A stretch of 63,530 nucleotides of DNA, the filler included, from Octopus bimaculoides (lineage: Eukaryota): NCBI RefSeq assembly GCF_001194135.2. It is 7 parts of 7 records of this genome, joined end to end, with 100 filler letters (N's around TTAATTAATTAA, not from the genome) between each part and the next. Parts side by side here need not be neighbours in the genome. Positions count along the whole stretch, not along the records: positions 62,295 to 63,530 come from NC_068986.1; 6 more parts are not named here. The stretch is one strand, 5' to 3'. The translations under genes were made by a program, and so were the position numbers. The notes below the pieces were generated by a model. That model was given only the letters and a program-made list of their open reading frames with translations. It did not search any database and was not told where the DNA came from. This document shows positions 62,490-63,530 of this stretch, one piece after another; position 1 is the stretch's first letter, and each line of letters starts with the position of its first letter.

Positions 62490-62705
62490 GTGTGCGTTTG
62501 TCCCCCCAACATCGCTTGACAACCGATGCTGGTGTGTTTACGTCCCCGTAACTTAGCAGTTCGGCAAAAGAGACCGATAGAATAAGTACTAGGCTTACAA
62601 AGAATAAGTCCTAGGGTCCATTTGCTCGACTAAAGGCGGTGCTCCAGCATGGCCAACGTCAAATGACTAAAACAAGTAAAAGACTAAAAGAGAGTAAAAA
62701 AGTAA
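62490..62705 (+). mobile_element. SINE family AB, 3' half
   Basis: Very similar to 4116-4319; preceded by (GT)n. Confidence 0.9.
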
Positions 62706-62759
62706 ATACCATATAACATCTTTTTGCCAATGCTCTGATGATTTTGCCACTATATAATA

Positions 62760-62960
62760 ACCCTTTCTACTATTGGCACAAGACCTGAAATTTTGAGAGA
62801 GCTAGTCAATTACATCAACCCCAGTGCCTGACTGATATTTAACAATCCCAAAGGGATGAATGGCAAAGTCACCTTCAGTGGAATTTAAACTCAGAACACA
62901 AAGACAAAATGCCACTAAGTGTTTTGTTTGGTGCACTAACAATTCTGTCAGCACACCATA
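62760..62960 (-). mobile_element. SINE family C, degenerate
   Basis: GGCACAAGACC tail, core and GGAATTTAAACTCAGAAC B-box in reverse complement. Confidence 0.7.
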
Positions 62961-63294
62961 TAATCATCAAAAAGAACACTGTAGAATGTTTTAAGACTTC
63001 AAAGACATATCACAGAGTTCATAAAATGTCAGCCAGTTAGTACTAATATTACTAATGGTGTTATATATGATTATGTATTTATATGAAAATGTTTAAATTA
63101 TGAAACTGAAAGCAAAGTGTGTTGCAGAATTATTTATATGGGTGAGTGGAAATTCTGTTACAAAAAGGAACTTGAATGAGGCTGGGTATGTTAGCCAACA
63201 CTAGTGAATTAGAATAGGAAAATATTTAGGTTTAAAATAAGACACAAGATAAAAAGAAATTTTGGATGAAGGTAATTGAATATAAATGAGCATT

Positions 63295-63530
63295 ATCATC
63301 ATCATCATCATCATCATCGTTTAACGTCCGCTTTCCATGCTAGCATGGGTTGGACGATTTGACTGAGGACTGGTGAAACCGGATGGCAACACCAGGCTCC
63401 AGTTTAATTTGGCAGAGTTTCTACAGCTGGATGCCCTTCCTAACGCCAACCACTCAGAGAGTGTAGTGGGTGCTTTTACGTGTCACCCGCACGAAAACGG
63501 CCACGTTCGAAATGGTGTCTTTTATGTGCC
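63295..63530 (-). mobile_element. SINE family G, running off the window end
   Basis: Reverse complement of 56171-56345 with 2 differences seen over about 160 nt. Confidence 0.9.

Noticed and set aside
1-63530. Dozens of ORFs made of HT/CV/YI/MYV/poly-I/L/M/X runs
   Set aside because: They are translations of (CA)n, (TA)n, (TACA)n, (AAT)n and (GAT)n microsatellites or of N gaps, not genes.

Overview
Eukaryotic, AT-rich, repeat-dominated draft-assembly window with about 9 kb of N gaps. The repeat families and the TTAATTAATTAA spacers suggest an octopus scaffold (inference). Most ORFs in the supplied track are microsatellite or N artefacts. Supported content: (i) decayed Tc1/mariner transposons (two DD34D mariners, a Tc1, maT-like and DD41D-like fragments, MITEs), two hAT MITEs and isolated Helitron-like ends; (ii) retroelement fragments: an R4/Dong-type endonuclease end in (TAA)n, two RTE fragments and two different Penelope-like (PLE) reverse transcriptases; (iii) at least five tRNA-type SINE families; (iv) one probable host coding exon on the minus strand (60.3-62.0 kb) encoding an unrecognised protein with frame-preserving YVSDYH repeats, plus a second candidate exon near 56.7 kb. 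Most striking: three short repeat families (about 9 copies) carry minimal PLE-type hammerhead ribozyme motifs. One is a tRNA-Ser-headed SINE with an internal (AAT)n tract and a 3' hammerhead; one copy is a head-to-head inverted composite bounded by a perfect 14-bp target-site duplication. This points to a ribozyme-bearing SINE that may be mobilised by PLEs. Novelty and ribozyme activity could not be verified here.
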